A stretch of DNA of 64,000 nucleotides from Candidatus Levyibacteriota bacterium (GTDB lineage: Bacteria > Patescibacteriota > Microgenomatia > Levybacterales > UBA12049): contig JACPLG010000008.1 of the NCBI GenBank assembly GCA_016186625.1, positions 16,071-80,070 on the forward strand, in the 5' to 3' direction. Shown here one piece after another: positions 51,751 to 62,640 of the stretch. Each line of letters begins with the position of its first letter. The stretch's first letter is position 1. Position numbers and translations under genes: made by a program. Under the pieces are notes generated by a model. It saw nothing but the letters and a program-made list of their open reading frames with translations, was not told where the DNA came from and made no database searches.

Positions 51751-52311
51751 ATGATAAATAGATATCAAAAAAATAAAGCCATTGGATTCACTCTAATTGA
51801 GGTTCTTCTGGGGATGGCAATAATTCTTATTATTGCAAGCGGCTCATACGTTGGTTTTGTCAAATTCGGCAGACAGCAAAATCTTAATATTTCCAGGGAC
51901 AATTTAGTCAACACCCTAACTGAGGCAAGAAGTAATGCCATGTCTCAAGTTATTACTACTACGCAATCCCCAAATGGATGCAAACAGCCTGGAACTTTCC
52001 GTACTCTTGAAGGCCAACGAGTTAGCTTTGATAGAACAACAGATCCCAACTCATATTTAATTCAGGAAGTTTGTAGGGATGCTTCTGGACCATACGCACC
52101 AATTGTTAAAAGAATTAGTCTTCCTTTAGGAACCGAATTCCTTTCTACTCCTCCTTTAGGGTATATTGAGTTTAAAGTTAGGACAGGTGAAGCAATTGCT
52201 TCGGAAATAGTTGTTAAAATTAAGGGAAGTACTGACCTTTCCCAAAGAAAAAAAATATGTATAAATTCCACAGGAGTAATTAAGTCAATAGAAGTAACAG
52301 AAGCATGTTAA
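51751..52311 (+). CDS. Minor pilin (FimT-like)
   Basis: GFTLIEVL, ARSNAM. Confidence 0.8.
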   Translation: MINRYQKNKAIGFTLIEVLLGMAIILIIASGSYVGFVKFGRQQNLNISRDNLVNTLTEARSNAMSQVITTTQSPNGCKQPGTFRTLEGQRVSFDRTTDPNSYLIQEVCRDASGPYAPIVKRISLPLGTEFLSTPPLGYIEFKVRTGEAIASEIVVKIKGSTDLSQRKKICINSTGVIKSIEVTEAC

Positions 52312-52790
52312 TAAAACTCATAAAAAATCAGAATGGGCAAGCCCTGATTGAGGCTCTTCTTGCCCTGGCATTTGCTGTGGTAATTATTACAGCAGTTGTA
52401 ATAGCAGTAATAAATGCACTAAGTAACACCAATTTTACCAAAAATCAGAATTTGGGTACCCAATATGCCCAGGAAGGCTTGGATTTAGCGCGCAACATGA
52501 AAGATTCCGACTATGATGGCTTTAAAGCTCTTGCAAATCCTAGTCCCAGGTATTACTGCATTACGGATGGGGATTTTCTTTATATCCCCCCGGATCAACC
52601 ATGTATTGTTGGAAATGATTTTTCAAGACACATATATATATTTCACGGGAGTCCGTTATGTGAAGCTAATTCATCTTTTGTTTCCTCAACTGTTTCCTGG
52701 ACTGATTCAAAGTGCACAGACGGAAGTAATTGTCATAAAATACAGCTGGACTCGTGTTTTAGTGATCCCAATAAGGCTTTCGGTACATAG
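52305..52790 (+). CDS. Minor pilin (PilV-like)
   Basis: GQALIEAL, AQEGLDLAR, VSW. Confidence 0.8.
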   Translation: MLIKLIKNQNGQALIEALLALAFAVVIITAVVIAVINALSNTNFTKNQNLGTQYAQEGLDLARNMKDSDYDGFKALANPSPRYYCITDGDFLYIPPDQPCIVGNDFSRHIYIFHGSPLCEANSSFVSSTVSWTDSKCTDGSNCHKIQLDSCFSDPNKAFGT

Positions 52791-52792
52791 CA

Positions 52793-53335
52793 ATGAGATT
52801 AAAACTAAATCAGCTCGGGTTTTCTTTAATTGAAATTCTGGTTGCAATTGCCATAATTATAACTGCAACAACAGTTGTTGTGGCAATACTCTCCTCATCC
52901 TTTAGGGGTATTAGTAAATCAAATGTAGTGGAGGAAGTAAGACAGAACGGCAACCGCGCTATTACCCAAATGTCCCGAACAATTCAATTTGCTGAAAGTT
53001 TTCAGGGAGCATTTATTAACGATTCAACTTATGATTTAGCTTGCACTGCAAGCGCTGGCAAAAACTATGAATATATTAAGCTAAATTCAGGAGGAAGGCT
53101 GGTAACATTATCTTGTAATAATTTGTCCATGGGTTCAACCACTGTAACACCTCTTATAGATACAACCCGAGTAAGCGTTGTTGAGGGTAGCTGTTCTTTT
53201 ACTTGCACTCAACAAAGCGTTGACGATTCTCCTATAATCGGAATTAATTTTGAGTTATCTCAGGCTGGAGAAACTGCTCCTGAAAAAAGCGCCAAAATTC
53301 CCTTCTCAACAACTGTTAAAATGCGTAATCGCTAG
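52793..53335 (+). CDS. Minor pilin (PilW-like)
   Basis: GFSLIEIL, C-terminal TTVKMRN. Confidence 0.8.
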   Translation: MRLKLNQLGFSLIEILVAIAIIITATTVVVAILSSSFRGISKSNVVEEVRQNGNRAITQMSRTIQFAESFQGAFINDSTYDLACTASAGKNYEYIKLNSGGRLVTLSCNNLSMGSTTVTPLIDTTRVSVVEGSCSFTCTQQSVDDSPIIGINFELSQAGETAPEKSAKIPFSTTVKMRNR

Positions 53336-53336
53336 G

Positions 53337-53402
53337 CCCCGTTAGGGATTTTGCTTGAAAAATTTATAAAGTTTATAGCTTGCAAACATAGCTCTAACGG
53401 GG
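53337..53402. mobile_element. MITE-like element (CCCCGTTAG...CTAACGGGG)
   Basis: 9-bp terminal IR of the same family; no clear target duplication. Confidence 0.55.
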
Positions 53403-53438
53403 TTGACATTTTACTCGTCTCCTTGTTAGTCTTAAAGT

Positions 53439-54287
53439 ATGGAGATTCTTGATAGTGCCAGTAGTCAAAAAGGCCAGATTCTTCTTATTGTTGTTCTTGC
53501 TGCTGTTGTTTCGTTAACAGTTGGTCTTTCTGCAGTTTCGCGGACTATTACCAATACCCGAGTTTCAACAGAGGAAGCAAACTCCCAAAAAGCGCTATCA
53601 GCCGCTGAAGCTGGGATTGAAGAGTTGGTAAACAACAGTGCTTTATTAGCCGTAAGAAATGAATCAAATCCCCTTGCGAAAAGTTTCTCAAATAATTCTA
53701 CATTTACCGCAGCATCTACTCCTATTGCCGGTTCGGAAATTTTGATTAATGATGGAAGCCAAATCCTAAAAGACGACGGAGCAGACATTTGGTTTTCATC
53801 GTACCCTAATTTTGAAGGCTCCCCCCGCTGGAGCGGGACTTTGACAGTTTTGTGGGATAACAATGATGGCTGCAGCGCAAGTGAAACCCGGGTAACTGCG
53901 GCAGTTGAAATTGTAGTAATTCAGGGAGCTAGCAAAAATGATCCTGACATGACTAGGGCGGTATATGATCCCTGCTCAGTTAGAGCTTCAAGTAATGGTT
54001 TTCAAATCCCAACAAGCCTTTCAGCTGCCAGTAAAACAGTGGATAGCCGAGTTTTTGCAAATGGAGTCAATGTAACTGTTGCAAACGGATTTATAGCAAG
54101 AGTAATCCCTTTGTACGCCAATGCTGTAATGGGTGCTCGCGTTTCTGCCGGGCCTGCGCTTCCCACCCAAGGATATGCAATAGACTCCGTTGGATCAGCA
54201 GGCAGTACTAAGCGAAGCGTTAGAGTATTCAGAGGTTTTCCCAGAGTTCCTATCGAGTACTTTCCTTATAACATTTTCCTTCCATAG
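53439..54287 (+). CDS. PilX-like minor pilin
   Basis: GQILLIVVL (no E5), ALSAAEAGIE. Confidence 0.8.
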   Translation: MEILDSASSQKGQILLIVVLAAVVSLTVGLSAVSRTITNTRVSTEEANSQKALSAAEAGIEELVNNSALLAVRNESNPLAKSFSNNSTFTAASTPIAGSEILINDGSQILKDDGADIWFSSYPNFEGSPRWSGTLTVLWDNNDGCSASETRVTAAVEIVVIQGASKNDPDMTRAVYDPCSVRASSNGFQIPTSLSAASKTVDSRVFANGVNVTVANGFIARVIPLYANAVMGARVSAGPALPTQGYAIDSVGSAGSTKRSVRVFRGFPRVPIEYFPYNIFLP

Positions 54288-54295
54288 CTTATGAA

Positions 54296-54377
54296 TCCCA
54301 TTAGAAAAAAAGATTTTAATCAGGAATCTAGGCATGTAAATATAATAATTAATCTTATAAGGAGTTTTCTAACGGGA
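54296..54377. mobile_element. MITE-like element with TGAA duplication at the pilM start
   Basis: A-TGAA-TCCCATTAGAAAA...TTTTCTAACGGGA-TGAA. Confidence 0.7.
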
Positions 54378-55420
54378 TGAACAAAAAGTCCTTTGGTCTG
54401 GACATTGGGGTCTCAAGTATTAAGGCGGTTGAGTTGGATGCGGATAAAAATAATTTTAAACTAAAAGCCTGCATAGTGGTCCCATCTCCGCCAAAAGGTA
54501 TGCTTTCTGAATCTCCGGTTGATGAGGAAGAAATGGCTGAGGCTCTTAAAAAGGCAGTGTATGATGCCGGGATATCTGTTAAAAAAACTAACATCGCACT
54601 TCCTGAGAATCAGGTTTATACAAAAGTCGTAGAAATGCCATACCTTTCCGATAGAGAGCTTGCTTCAGCTATTTACTGGGAGGCAGAGCAGTATATTCCA
54701 ATTCCCCTTTCCTCAGTTTCTCTTTCCTGGAATGTAATAAGAAGATCCCAGAAACCCCAGCCCAATGAAAAAATGGAAGTTCTTATGGTGGGAGCACCCA
54801 CACTTATTATTAAAAAATACCAAAAAGTTATAGGAATGGCGGGTCTGGGAGTTAGCGCTATGGAAACAGAGATTATATCAACAGTTAGGGCAATAACTGC
54901 TTTTAACCCCGTAAATTATACAGCCCCTACAATTATAGTAAATATAGGAGCAATCAGCACCTCTCTTGCAATCGTTTCGGGGAATAACCTTATTTTTACC
55001 TATTCTCTTCCAATAGGAGGCGCAGCAATTAATAGAGCAATTTCAGCCGATTTTGGACTTTCAACTCTACAGGCTGAAGAATATAAAAAAACATATGGAA
55101 TTGCCAAAGGGCCCTTAGGAGCGCGAATTGGTAAAGCGACAGAGCCGATCATTTCATCAATCCTTTCCGAAGTTAAAAAAGCTATTATTTATTTCTCACA
55201 AAAATATAAAGATAGTAGAATTGAGCAAATTATTCTATCAGGAGAGTCAGCAAGGCTTCCGGGGATAGATATATATTTTGCCAACAGCACAGGAATTGAG
55301 ACGGTTATTGCAAATCCGTGGAAGTTTCTTAATCCTTCGGAAGTTCCAAAAGAAATTCTAGATCGAGCTCCTGATTACTCCATAGCGGTAGGACTTGCGC
55401 TTCGGGATTATGAGCATTGA
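54377..55420 (+). CDS. pilM: Type IV pilus assembly protein PilM
   Basis: FGLDIGVSSIK, EAEQYIP, NIGA, ILSGESA, AVGLALR. Confidence 0.93.
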   Translation: MNKKSFGLDIGVSSIKAVELDADKNNFKLKACIVVPSPPKGMLSESPVDEEEMAEALKKAVYDAGISVKKTNIALPENQVYTKVVEMPYLSDRELASAIYWEAEQYIPIPLSSVSLSWNVIRRSQKPQPNEKMEVLMVGAPTLIIKKYQKVIGMAGLGVSAMETEIISTVRAITAFNPVNYTAPTIIVNIGAISTSLAIVSGNNLIFTYSLPIGGAAINRAISADFGLSTLQAEEYKKTYGIAKGPLGARIGKATEPIISSILSEVKKAIIYFSQKYKDSRIEQIILSGESARLPGIDIYFANSTGIETVIANPWKFLNPSEVPKEILDRAPDYSIAVGLALRDYEH

Positions 55421-55925
55421 TATAAATTTAATAAATAAAGCTTCGGAAGGTTTAAAAGAAAATAGGCTTAAAAAGATCAGAACTATCTCGTTTTCCGCTC
55501 TTTTTTTAGTCGGATTTTTATCAGTTGTTTTTTTCCTGATAGATTACAGATTCTCTGCAAACTACGCTAAGAAACAACAGGCAGAAATTATTTCTGCCCT
55601 ATCAGAATACGATGAGACAGCAACTAAAATTTTTTTACTGAACCAGCGGCTTTCAGACATATCGCAAATCTTATCGGATAGAAAAAAGCACCACGAAAGA
55701 GCTGGTAAAATAATTGAGAAAATTCCCACCTCTTTGGCTATTTCAGAATTTCAAATTGATGAAGCGGGTATTTCTTTGGAAGTCAGCTCATCCTCGCTTT
55801 TGGATTTAAATAATTTTCTGAATGAAATTCTAGCACTTTCTGAAGCTAAGGTTATTAGTAACGTTGTACTTGACGCTCTGTCTAGCTCAGGGTCCGAATT
55901 CAGAATGAAAATCAAAGCAGTATAG
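55410..55925 (+). CDS. PilN-like protein
   Basis: INLI motif and TM, after pilM. Confidence 0.7.
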   Translation: MSIDINLINKASEGLKENRLKKIRTISFSALFLVGFLSVVFFLIDYRFSANYAKKQQAEIISALSEYDETATKIFLLNQRLSDISQILSDRKKHHERAGKIIEKIPTSLAISEFQIDEAGISLEVSSSSLLDLNNFLNEILALSEAKVISNVVLDALSSSGSEFRMKIKAV

Positions 55926-56651
55926 ATGAATTTCAACACAAAACTTTCAAAAGAAGAAGTATTAAGTTTTTACTCAGATAATAAGGAATATGCTTTGCCA
56001 GCGCTAAGTATTGTTGCATCATTCTTTTTATTTTTTGTTTTTATTGTCCCCCAGCTAATTTCTTTTCCGTCAAAAAGACAGGAAGCAAATATTGAAAATG
56101 CTAAATTAGAAAGAATTAAAGAAGCTGAAAAGGTACTTACCGGAGCAAATGTAGATATTCTTGATTCTCAAATAAAAATTGCCACCAAAGCACTTCCTCC
56201 TGGCAAAGCATTCGAGGAAATTCTAAATGGTATTTCCTCTGCTGTATCACTGTCAAATACGCAAATTGAAAGTTATCAATTTGATACTCAGACTATTCTA
56301 TCGACCGGAAGCATTGCAAGCAAATTCTCTACGCTTCTTTTTGAAATTACAATTATTGGATCCACCCAGGAAGCAATTGAATTTACTAAAGCGCTTTATA
56401 AAACTTATCCGGCTTCTGAAGTAACAAGTATACTTACCTCATCAGGCATAACATCCGTTAAAGCGCTCTTTTACTATAAATCTTTTTCTCAGGTAAGTCC
56501 TGAAGAAAGAACACAGGTGAGAAGTATTTCTGCAAAAGAGAAAGAAACACTTGATGAAATTTCCAAATGGAATGACACTTCTGCCGTGATTTTCTTTGAG
56601 CCGGAAGTTTCTGCTACTGAATCTGCGGAGAATGATTCCTCGCCTTTTTAG
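55926..56651 (+). CDS. PilO-like protein
   Basis: TM, coiled coil, ALP motif; operon position. Confidence 0.65.
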   Translation: MNFNTKLSKEEVLSFYSDNKEYALPALSIVASFFLFFVFIVPQLISFPSKRQEANIENAKLERIKEAEKVLTGANVDILDSQIKIATKALPPGKAFEEILNGISSAVSLSNTQIESYQFDTQTILSTGSIASKFSTLLFEITIIGSTQEAIEFTKALYKTYPASEVTSILTSSGITSVKALFYYKSFSQVSPEERTQVRSISAKEKETLDEISKWNDTSAVIFFEPEVSATESAENDSSPF

Positions 56652-57315
56652 AATTTAGGTTTTTTCTGGTTTTTTTGACAGACTCTTTTTCTTTCCACTG
56701 CCTAATTTTCTTATGATCACCAGAAAGAAGAATTTGAGGAACACTAAGTTTCCCAAACCTCTTTGGACGGGTGTATTGAGGGTGTTCCAAGAGGCCCTGG
56801 GAAAATGATTCAGACTGCGTAACACCCTGCCTTAGGACCCCTTTAACTAGCCTTATGACGCTATCTACAATTGCCATTGCAGGAATCTCGCCTCCTGTTA
56901 GTATGAAATTACCAATAGAGACCTCTTCATCAATAAAATTTAATATCCTTTCATCAACTCCCTCATAATGACCACAAATAATTATTAAATGCTTAAGATG
57001 TGAAAAATCCTTTGCCATTTCCTGATTGTAAGTTTTCCCACCTGCGCTAAGAAGTATTACTTTTTGTTCTTTTTTTGTGAGCTTCTTATCAACTGAATGT
57101 TTAATGGCTCTTTGTAAGACATCTACCTTAAGAATCATACCCGCGCCTCCACCGTATGGCTTATCGTCCACTGTCCTATGCTTTCCTACTCCGAACTCTC
57201 TTAGGTCTATAAGATTAATTTCTACTAGTCCCTGAACCTTTGCGCGATTAATAATTGAATAGTTGAATGGGCCAATAAACATTTGGGGGAAAAGAGTGAT
57301 TACAGAAATCTTCAT
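56614..57315 (-). CDS. trmD: tRNA (guanine-N1)-methyltransferase
   Basis: ITLFP, VDDKPYGGGAGM, CGHYEGVDER, LTGGE. Confidence 0.97.
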   Translation of the reverse strand: MKISVITLFPQMFIGPFNYSIINRAKVQGLVEINLIDLREFGVGKHRTVDDKPYGGGAGMILKVDVLQRAIKHSVDKKLTKKEQKVILLSAGGKTYNQEMAKDFSHLKHLIIICGHYEGVDERILNFIDEEVSIGNFILTGGEIPAMAIVDSVIRLVKGVLRQGVTQSESFSQGLLEHPQYTRPKRFGKLSVPQILLSGDHKKIRQWKEKESVKKTRKNLNSKKARNHSPQIQ

Positions 57316-57334
57316 AAGGCTTGATTTAGAAGAT

Positions 57335-57568
57335 TCAATTTTCTGAAAGTGAAATGTAAATTTTCTTGTTTGCAGAAACTGCGGGAATTCTCATAATATT
57401 TCTTATGGCTCTGATTACCTTTCCATCTTTACCAATAACTTTTCCAATCTCATCTTGAGAGACTTTTACAGTGAAGTTAACTATACCCTGATTTTCCTCT
57501 TCCAAAATATCAACCTCTTTTTCCTTCTCAACGATGTTTTTGATAATAAAATATAGAGCGTCTTTCAT
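57335..57568 (-). CDS. KH domain RNA-binding protein (KhpA-like)
   Basis: GKVIGKDGKVIRAIR; between rpsP and trmD. Confidence 0.9.
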   Translation of the reverse strand: MKDALYFIIKNIVEKEKEVDILEEENQGIVNFTVKVSQDEIGKVIGKDGKVIRAIRNIMRIPAVSANKKIYISLSEN

Positions 57569-57795
57569 TTTTCAAAAATTCGGGCCACTGTCTCACTTGG
57601 TCTTGCCCCAACTGAAAGCCAATAATTATATCTGTCTTTCTTTAAATTTTGTTTGCCACTTTCCTTTCCTTTTTCAAAAGATCCAAGCGTTTCAATGCTA
57701 TCTCCATCTCTTCGAGATCTTTTTTCCTTAACAACGATTCTAAATTTTCTCTCGCCCCGTTTTCCCATACGGGCAAGTCTAATTACTACTGACAT
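57565..57795 (-). CDS. rpsP: 30S ribosomal protein S16
   Basis: IRLARMGK, RIVV, RDG..IETLG, WLSVGARPSETV. Confidence 0.96.
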   Translation of the reverse strand: MSVVIRLARMGKRGERKFRIVVKEKRSRRDGDSIETLGSFEKGKESGKQNLKKDRYNYWLSVGARPSETVARIFEK

Positions 57796-57834
57796 GAGGC
57801 TATCTTACCATTTTTTGTTTGTTTTTCCAAGGAA

Positions 57835-58497
57835 TCATTTCTCGAGTCCTTCAAGGGCTTTTTCTGCGGCGTTTTCTTCCGCTTCTTGCTTGCTTCTTCC
57901 CTCCCCTTTTCCGATCAACTTTTCCCCAACAAAAACCCCAACTAAAAATTGTCTTTTGTGTGCAGGTCCTTCTTCTGATAAGACTTTGTATAAAGGCGAG
58001 TTTTGTTTTCGAGCCTGTACATACTCCTGAAGTATACTTTTAGGATCTTTTAATATATTTTTTTGAATTAAGCCCTCAATTCTGAGGATTATGGTCAATT
58101 TTAGAAATTTCTCTACCTCCGAAATTCCCTGATCCAAAAAAAGAGCTCCAATAAATGCTTCAAAAGCATCGGCCAAGAGGCTTTGATTCTTTCTTCCTCC
58201 GGAGTCTTCCTCTCCCTTTGACAGTCGAAGTCTTGATCCAAGGTCACATTCATTTGCAGCTTGGGCAAGAGTCTTAGTGTTTACAAGAAGCGAACGTAAA
58301 TTTGTAAGTTTTCCCTCATTAAACTCCGGATAATTTGTAAAAAGATGAGTTGAGACTATAAAAGAAAGAATACTGTCTCCTAGAAATTCCAGTCTCTCGT
58401 TTGATAGGGTCTTTTCCCTAGATTCATTGAGGAATGACCTGTGTGTTAGAGCTTCCTGAAGTAATTTTTTATTTTTAATTTTTGGAAGATTTATCAT
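57835..58497 (-). CDS. rnc: Ribonuclease III
   Basis: [26 protein letters not shown], dsRBD. Confidence 0.97.
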   Translation of the reverse strand: MINLPKIKNKKLLQEALTHRSFLNESREKTLSNERLEFLGDSILSFIVSTHLFTNYPEFNEGKLTNLRSLLVNTKTLAQAANECDLGSRLRLSKGEEDSGGRKNQSLLADAFEAFIGALFLDQGISEVEKFLKLTIILRIEGLIQKNILKDPKSILQEYVQARKQNSPLYKVLSEEGPAHKRQFLVGVFVGEKLIGKGEGRSKQEAEENAAEKALEGLEK

Positions 58498-58840
58498 GAT
58501 TTATAATTTTTCCCAATGCCCCATTTACAAATGCAGGGCTTGTTTCTCCTCCATATTCTTTTGCTAGTTCTATTGCTTCATCAATTATAACCTTTGGTGG
58601 TTCTTTTTTCGAGACTAACAATTCGTAAATTGCTAGCCGAAGTATTGCCAAATCGACTTTATTTATTTTATCAATTGGAAATTCAGGAGCCGCATATTCA
58701 ATATTTTTGTCTAGCAACTTAACATGTTTTATTATCTCCCGTGTTGAATGGGAGATTGGTTGATTGTGAAATTCTATCTTAAAAAGATCTTCAATTATTT
58801 TTTGTCGTCTCTTATGGCGAGGGTCAAGCGCGGTTTTCAT
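58475..58840 (-). CDS. nusB: Transcription antitermination factor NusB
   Basis: [28 protein letters not shown]. Confidence 0.93.
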   Translation of the reverse strand: MKTALDPRHKRRQKIIEDLFKIEFHNQPISHSTREIIKHVKLLDKNIEYAAPEFPIDKINKVDLAILRLAIYELLVSKKEPPKVIIDEAIELAKEYGGETSPAFVNGALGKIINHDKSSKN

Positions 58841-59049
58841 TATTTAGCTTGTGGTATCTTTTTTTCCGGTTTTGACAATTGAATATATTCTTTCCCCCTA
58901 TAAAAACCGCAGTTTTTACAAACCGCATGAGGAAGTGTCATTGCCCCGCAGTTTGGGCAGACAATCGCATTTGGAATTAAAAGCGCAATATTTGCTCTTC
59001 TTTTTCCCTTCCTAGCCCTTGAGTGTCTTCTTTTTGGTTCTCCAGGCAT
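58840..59049 (-). CDS. rpmF: 50S ribosomal protein L32
   Basis: [24 protein letters not shown]. Confidence 0.95.
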   Translation of the reverse strand: MPGEPKRRHSRARKGKRRANIALLIPNAIVCPNCGAMTLPHAVCKNCGFYRGKEYIQLSKPEKKIPQAK

Positions 59050-59166
59050 AAACGTTAATAGCTAAATAGTTGCATGGTTGAATAGATATTTTAGCAATTG
59101 AACCATTTTAGCTATTGGCCTTTATTTTACTTTATTTGAAGCTAGTTCGCAACCTTACGAATGAAA

Positions 59167-61215
59167 TTAATCTGGAGAAATTTCTTTAACAGTTATTTCT
59201 TCAATTTTTTGTTTGAGTTTTGGGTATTTAGTTAATTTACTGCCGATTGCCTCCGCTTCTTTTTTTGTTTGTTTAATCAAATTAAGATCCGAGAAGCTGG
59301 CAATTTTAAGTAGGTTTCTGCCGGATTGCGCTGTTCCATAGATTTCTCCAGGACCTCTTATTTTTAGGTCCAACTCTGCAAGTTCTGCTCCAAAGTTGGT
59401 TTTCTCCATAGCTTTAAGCCTTGTATTTGTTTGCGGACTTCCTGTTTCGGTAAATAACAGGCAGTATGCCTGCCTCTCACTTCTTCCAACCCTTCCTCTT
59501 AGTTGGTGTAATTGAGAAAGCCCAAATCTCTCCGATGCTTCAATCAGAATTATGTCTGCGTTTGGAATGTCTATTCCTACTTCAACTACGGGAGTGGCTA
59601 CAAGAATATCAAATTTTTTATTTTTGAATTCAGAAAGTACTCGTTCTTTTTCCTTTGATTTTAATTTACCGTGAAGAAGGGCTAATTTATAATTTTTGAA
59701 CACATTTTTTTTGAGATTTTCGAATTCTTTTGTTGCAGCTTTAACTGTAACTATAGATTCAGACTCCTCAATAAAAGGACAAATTATAAATACCTGACTC
59801 CCCTTTTCTTTGATTTGTTTTTTAATCCATTCGTAAGCACCATTTCGTTTAGCCGAAGGAACAAGCCAGGTTTTTATTATACGTCTTCCTTTCGGCATCT
59901 CATCTAAAATTGAAAGATCCAGATCGCCATACATGGTAAGAGCAATAGTTCTTGGGATTGGAGTTGCAGTCATAGTCAAGACATGGGGATTATCCCCTTT
60001 TTTCCTAAGGATTGATCTTTGTTCCACGCCGAATCTTTGTTGTTCATCAATTACCACTAAGCCAAGTTTTTCAAAATTTACGCCTTTGTGAATCACGGCA
60101 TGAGTACCAATCAGAATATCAAATTTCCAATTCGGGTACCCTTTGGGTGTTTCCAATTTCCAATTTTTTTTGCTTGAGCTGGTTCTAAGTTCGACTCTCA
60201 AGCCGAACGATTCAAGCAAGCTTGAGATAGTTTTAAAGTGTTGTTGAGCTAGAATCTCTGTTGGTGCCATCAAAACCGATTGGAATCCATTCAGATAAGC
60301 TAGATACATTGCTGCGGCTGCTACCACTGTTTTCCCGCTTCCCACATCTCCTTCTAAAAGCCTATTCATTGGTTTTTCCATTGAAAAATCAGTGAAAATT
60401 TCACTAATTGCCTTTTTTTGGGCACTTGTTAACTCAAAAGGAAGTCTTTTGATAAATTCATGAATTTGCCCATTGTATTTTTTAATATCAAAAACAAAGC
60501 CTATTAGATTTTTTTCCCACTCACCTCTTCTCTTAAGAGAAGAAAGTTGCATCAAAAATAACTCGTCAAATGACAATCTTTTCTTTGCCACTTCTGCTTC
60601 TTCCAAAGAGAGGGGAAAATGAATTTTGTAAATCGCATCAAATAAATTTTGAAGCCCATTTCGGTTTAAAATATCGCTTGGCAGGTATTCTTCGATTTCC
60701 TTTTGGTTTTCTTTTAACAACCGAAAAACTTGCCGGCGGATCCACTTTGAAGAAACACCGCGGGTTTCGGGATAGATTGGGACAAGACGCCCGGTATGAA
60801 TAAACTCGTCTTCACCTAGCTCAAAGTCAGGATTTGAAATCTGGAGTCGACTTCCCTTCTTCTCAATTTTTCCTGAGAGAGAAACTTTGTCACCTTGATT
60901 TATGCTTTTAACAATGTATGGCTGGTTAAACCAGACAACATCAATTACTCCGCTTTGGTCTTTTATTTTAGCTTTTTGAATGACAAAATACCTTCTCGTA
61001 TACTCATTTTTGATTTCCAAAACTTTCCCTCGAATTGTCACAACTTCCCCCGGCTGGACTTGAGAAATTTTTGAAATTAAAGCGTAGTCCTCATACCTAA
61101 AAGGAACGTGGTACAAAAAATCCCCTAGTCTTACTATTCCAAGTTTTTCTAAAGAGGAAGCGTATCTTTTATAAACACCACCCAGTGTTTGGATCTTTAT
61201 TGTGAGAGTTGGCAT
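59167..61215 (-). CDS. recG: ATP-dependent DNA helicase RecG
   Basis: RLLEGDVGSGKT, DEQQRFGV, TATPIPRT, QLRGRVGR. Confidence 0.96.
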   Translation of the reverse strand: MPTLTIKIQTLGGVYKRYASSLEKLGIVRLGDFLYHVPFRYEDYALISKISQVQPGEVVTIRGKVLEIKNEYTRRYFVIQKAKIKDQSGVIDVVWFNQPYIVKSINQGDKVSLSGKIEKKGSRLQISNPDFELGEDEFIHTGRLVPIYPETRGVSSKWIRRQVFRLLKENQKEIEEYLPSDILNRNGLQNLFDAIYKIHFPLSLEEAEVAKKRLSFDELFLMQLSSLKRRGEWEKNLIGFVFDIKKYNGQIHEFIKRLPFELTSAQKKAISEIFTDFSMEKPMNRLLEGDVGSGKTVVAAAAMYLAYLNGFQSVLMAPTEILAQQHFKTISSLLESFGLRVELRTSSSKKNWKLETPKGYPNWKFDILIGTHAVIHKGVNFEKLGLVVIDEQQRFGVEQRSILRKKGDNPHVLTMTATPIPRTIALTMYGDLDLSILDEMPKGRRIIKTWLVPSAKRNGAYEWIKKQIKEKGSQVFIICPFIEESESIVTVKAATKEFENLKKNVFKNYKLALLHGKLKSKEKERVLSEFKNKKFDILVATPVVEVGIDIPNADIILIEASERFGLSQLHQLRGRVGRSERQAYCLLFTETGSPQTNTRLKAMEKTNFGAELAELDLKIRGPGEIYGTAQSGRNLLKIASFSDLNLIKQTKKEAEAIGSKLTKYPKLKQKIEEITVKEISPD

Positions 61216-61221
61216 TTTAGT

Positions 61222-61326
61222 TTAATAAACTAAAAATGGCAGGACTGTTGTAGCAATAAGCGAAAAAGCTATTAATCCAAAAATAATGATGAAAATTATC
61301 CTGTGTTTTTTGCTAAGGTTATACAT
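61222..61326 (-). CDS. Small single-TM protein (34 aa)
   Basis: MYNLSKKHRIIFIIIFGLIAFSLIATTVLPFLVY; fills the tyrS-recG gap. Confidence 0.45.
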   Translation of the reverse strand: MYNLSKKHRIIFIIIFGLIAFSLIATTVLPFLVY

Positions 61327-61338
61327 TATTGTTTGATT

Positions 61339-61405
61339 GTCATTCTGAACGCAGTGAAGAATCTTTTCAGTTTGTCGTGGGATCCTTCGTTTCACTCAGG
61401 ATGAC
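61339..61405. repeat. REP-like palindromic element (GTCATTCTGAAC...TCAGGATGAC)
   Basis: Long imperfect inverted repeat right after the tyrS stop. Confidence 0.75.
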
Positions 61406-61409
61406 GTTA

Positions 61410-62585
61410 TCACGTCACATTTAATTTTACCACTTTTTTCCCAACCGACAAAATTAAGTCTTCTCCAGAATTTGCGGCAAAACCTTCACCAAGCTTTATT
61501 CCCGTTCCATTAAGTGAAACTCCATTTTGATCAAATAATCTTTTCGCATCCGATTTTGAACTCGCCAGCCCGTGTTCAACCAAAAAGTCATCATCGATTA
61601 CACCATCTTCGTTTACAGTAATTTCTGCAACTTTTTCCGGCAACTCTCCTTTCTGAACCACTCTTTCAAATTCTTTTTCTGCTTTTTTAGCATCTCCTTC
61701 CGAGTGAAGTTCGGAAACTATCGCAGTGGCTAACCTCTTCTTAATATTCAGCGGATTTTGTTCTATTTCTTCTTCTGTTGGAATTTTATCAATAGGTGTA
61801 TTTGTTGCAAGATTAAAGTAATTTAATATTTGGTCATCATTTATTGCCATTATTTTTCTGAACATTTCAAACGGTGTGTCATCAAGCCAGATTGCATTTC
61901 CCCAACTTTTACTCATTTTTCTTCCATCCGTTCCCATAAGAAATTCGGTTGCCAAAATGAAAGATTCTTTATTTCGAAGTTTTCTTTGAAGTATTCTTCC
62001 GGCCTGCATATTAAAGGTTTGGTCTGTGCCACCAATTTGTAGATCTGTATCCATAAAATAACTATCATAACCCTGCATGATCGGATATTCTGTTTCGTCA
62101 AGTCTTATGCTTTTTCCATCCTCCAAACGTTTTTTAATTAATTCCCGGCTTATAAAATCATTTAGTGAGAATTGTTGTTTTAACTTAAAAACATCTGCGT
62201 AGGTTAATTTAGAAAGCCACTCACTGTTGTAGCGGATATTAACTTTTGAAAAATTCAATAACTTCTGCGCCTGTGATTTATACGTCTTAAAATTTTCCTC
62301 GATTTCCTCTTTTGTTAAGATGGGTCTCTCAGAGTCCTTGTCTGAGGTATCTCCAACAAGCGCAGTAAAATCACCAATCAGAAAAGTAACATTATGTCCA
62401 AGATCTGCAAATCTTTGGAGTTTGCGAAGCGGAACTGCGTGTCCAAGGTGGATTTTAATAGCTGTTGGGTCAATCCCTAAATATACATTTAACTTTTCAC
62501 CAGATTTCAACTTTTCCTCGAGCCTGTTTTTGCTAGGGATAATATTTGCAACAGCCCGTGTCAAAAGCTCTTCAATTTGATCCAT
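61410..62585 (-). CDS. tyrS: Tyrosine--tRNA ligase
   Basis: YLGIDPT..HLGH, YPIMQGYD, GGTDQTFN, KMSKS, S4-like tail. Confidence 0.97.
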   Translation of the reverse strand: MDQIEELLTRAVANIIPSKNRLEEKLKSGEKLNVYLGIDPTAIKIHLGHAVPLRKLQRFADLGHNVTFLIGDFTALVGDTSDKDSERPILTKEEIEENFKTYKSQAQKLLNFSKVNIRYNSEWLSKLTYADVFKLKQQFSLNDFISRELIKKRLEDGKSIRLDETEYPIMQGYDSYFMDTDLQIGGTDQTFNMQAGRILQRKLRNKESFILATEFLMGTDGRKMSKSWGNAIWLDDTPFEMFRKIMAINDDQILNYFNLATNTPIDKIPTEEEIEQNPLNIKKRLATAIVSELHSEGDAKKAEKEFERVVQKGELPEKVAEITVNEDGVIDDDFLVEHGLASSKSDAKRLFDQNGVSLNGTGIKLGEGFAANSGEDLILSVGKKVVKLNVT

Positions 62586-62640
62586 ATGGCTTCGAGTATA
62601 GCATAAAAAACGCAAAGTTTGGTATAATTATCTCTACAAA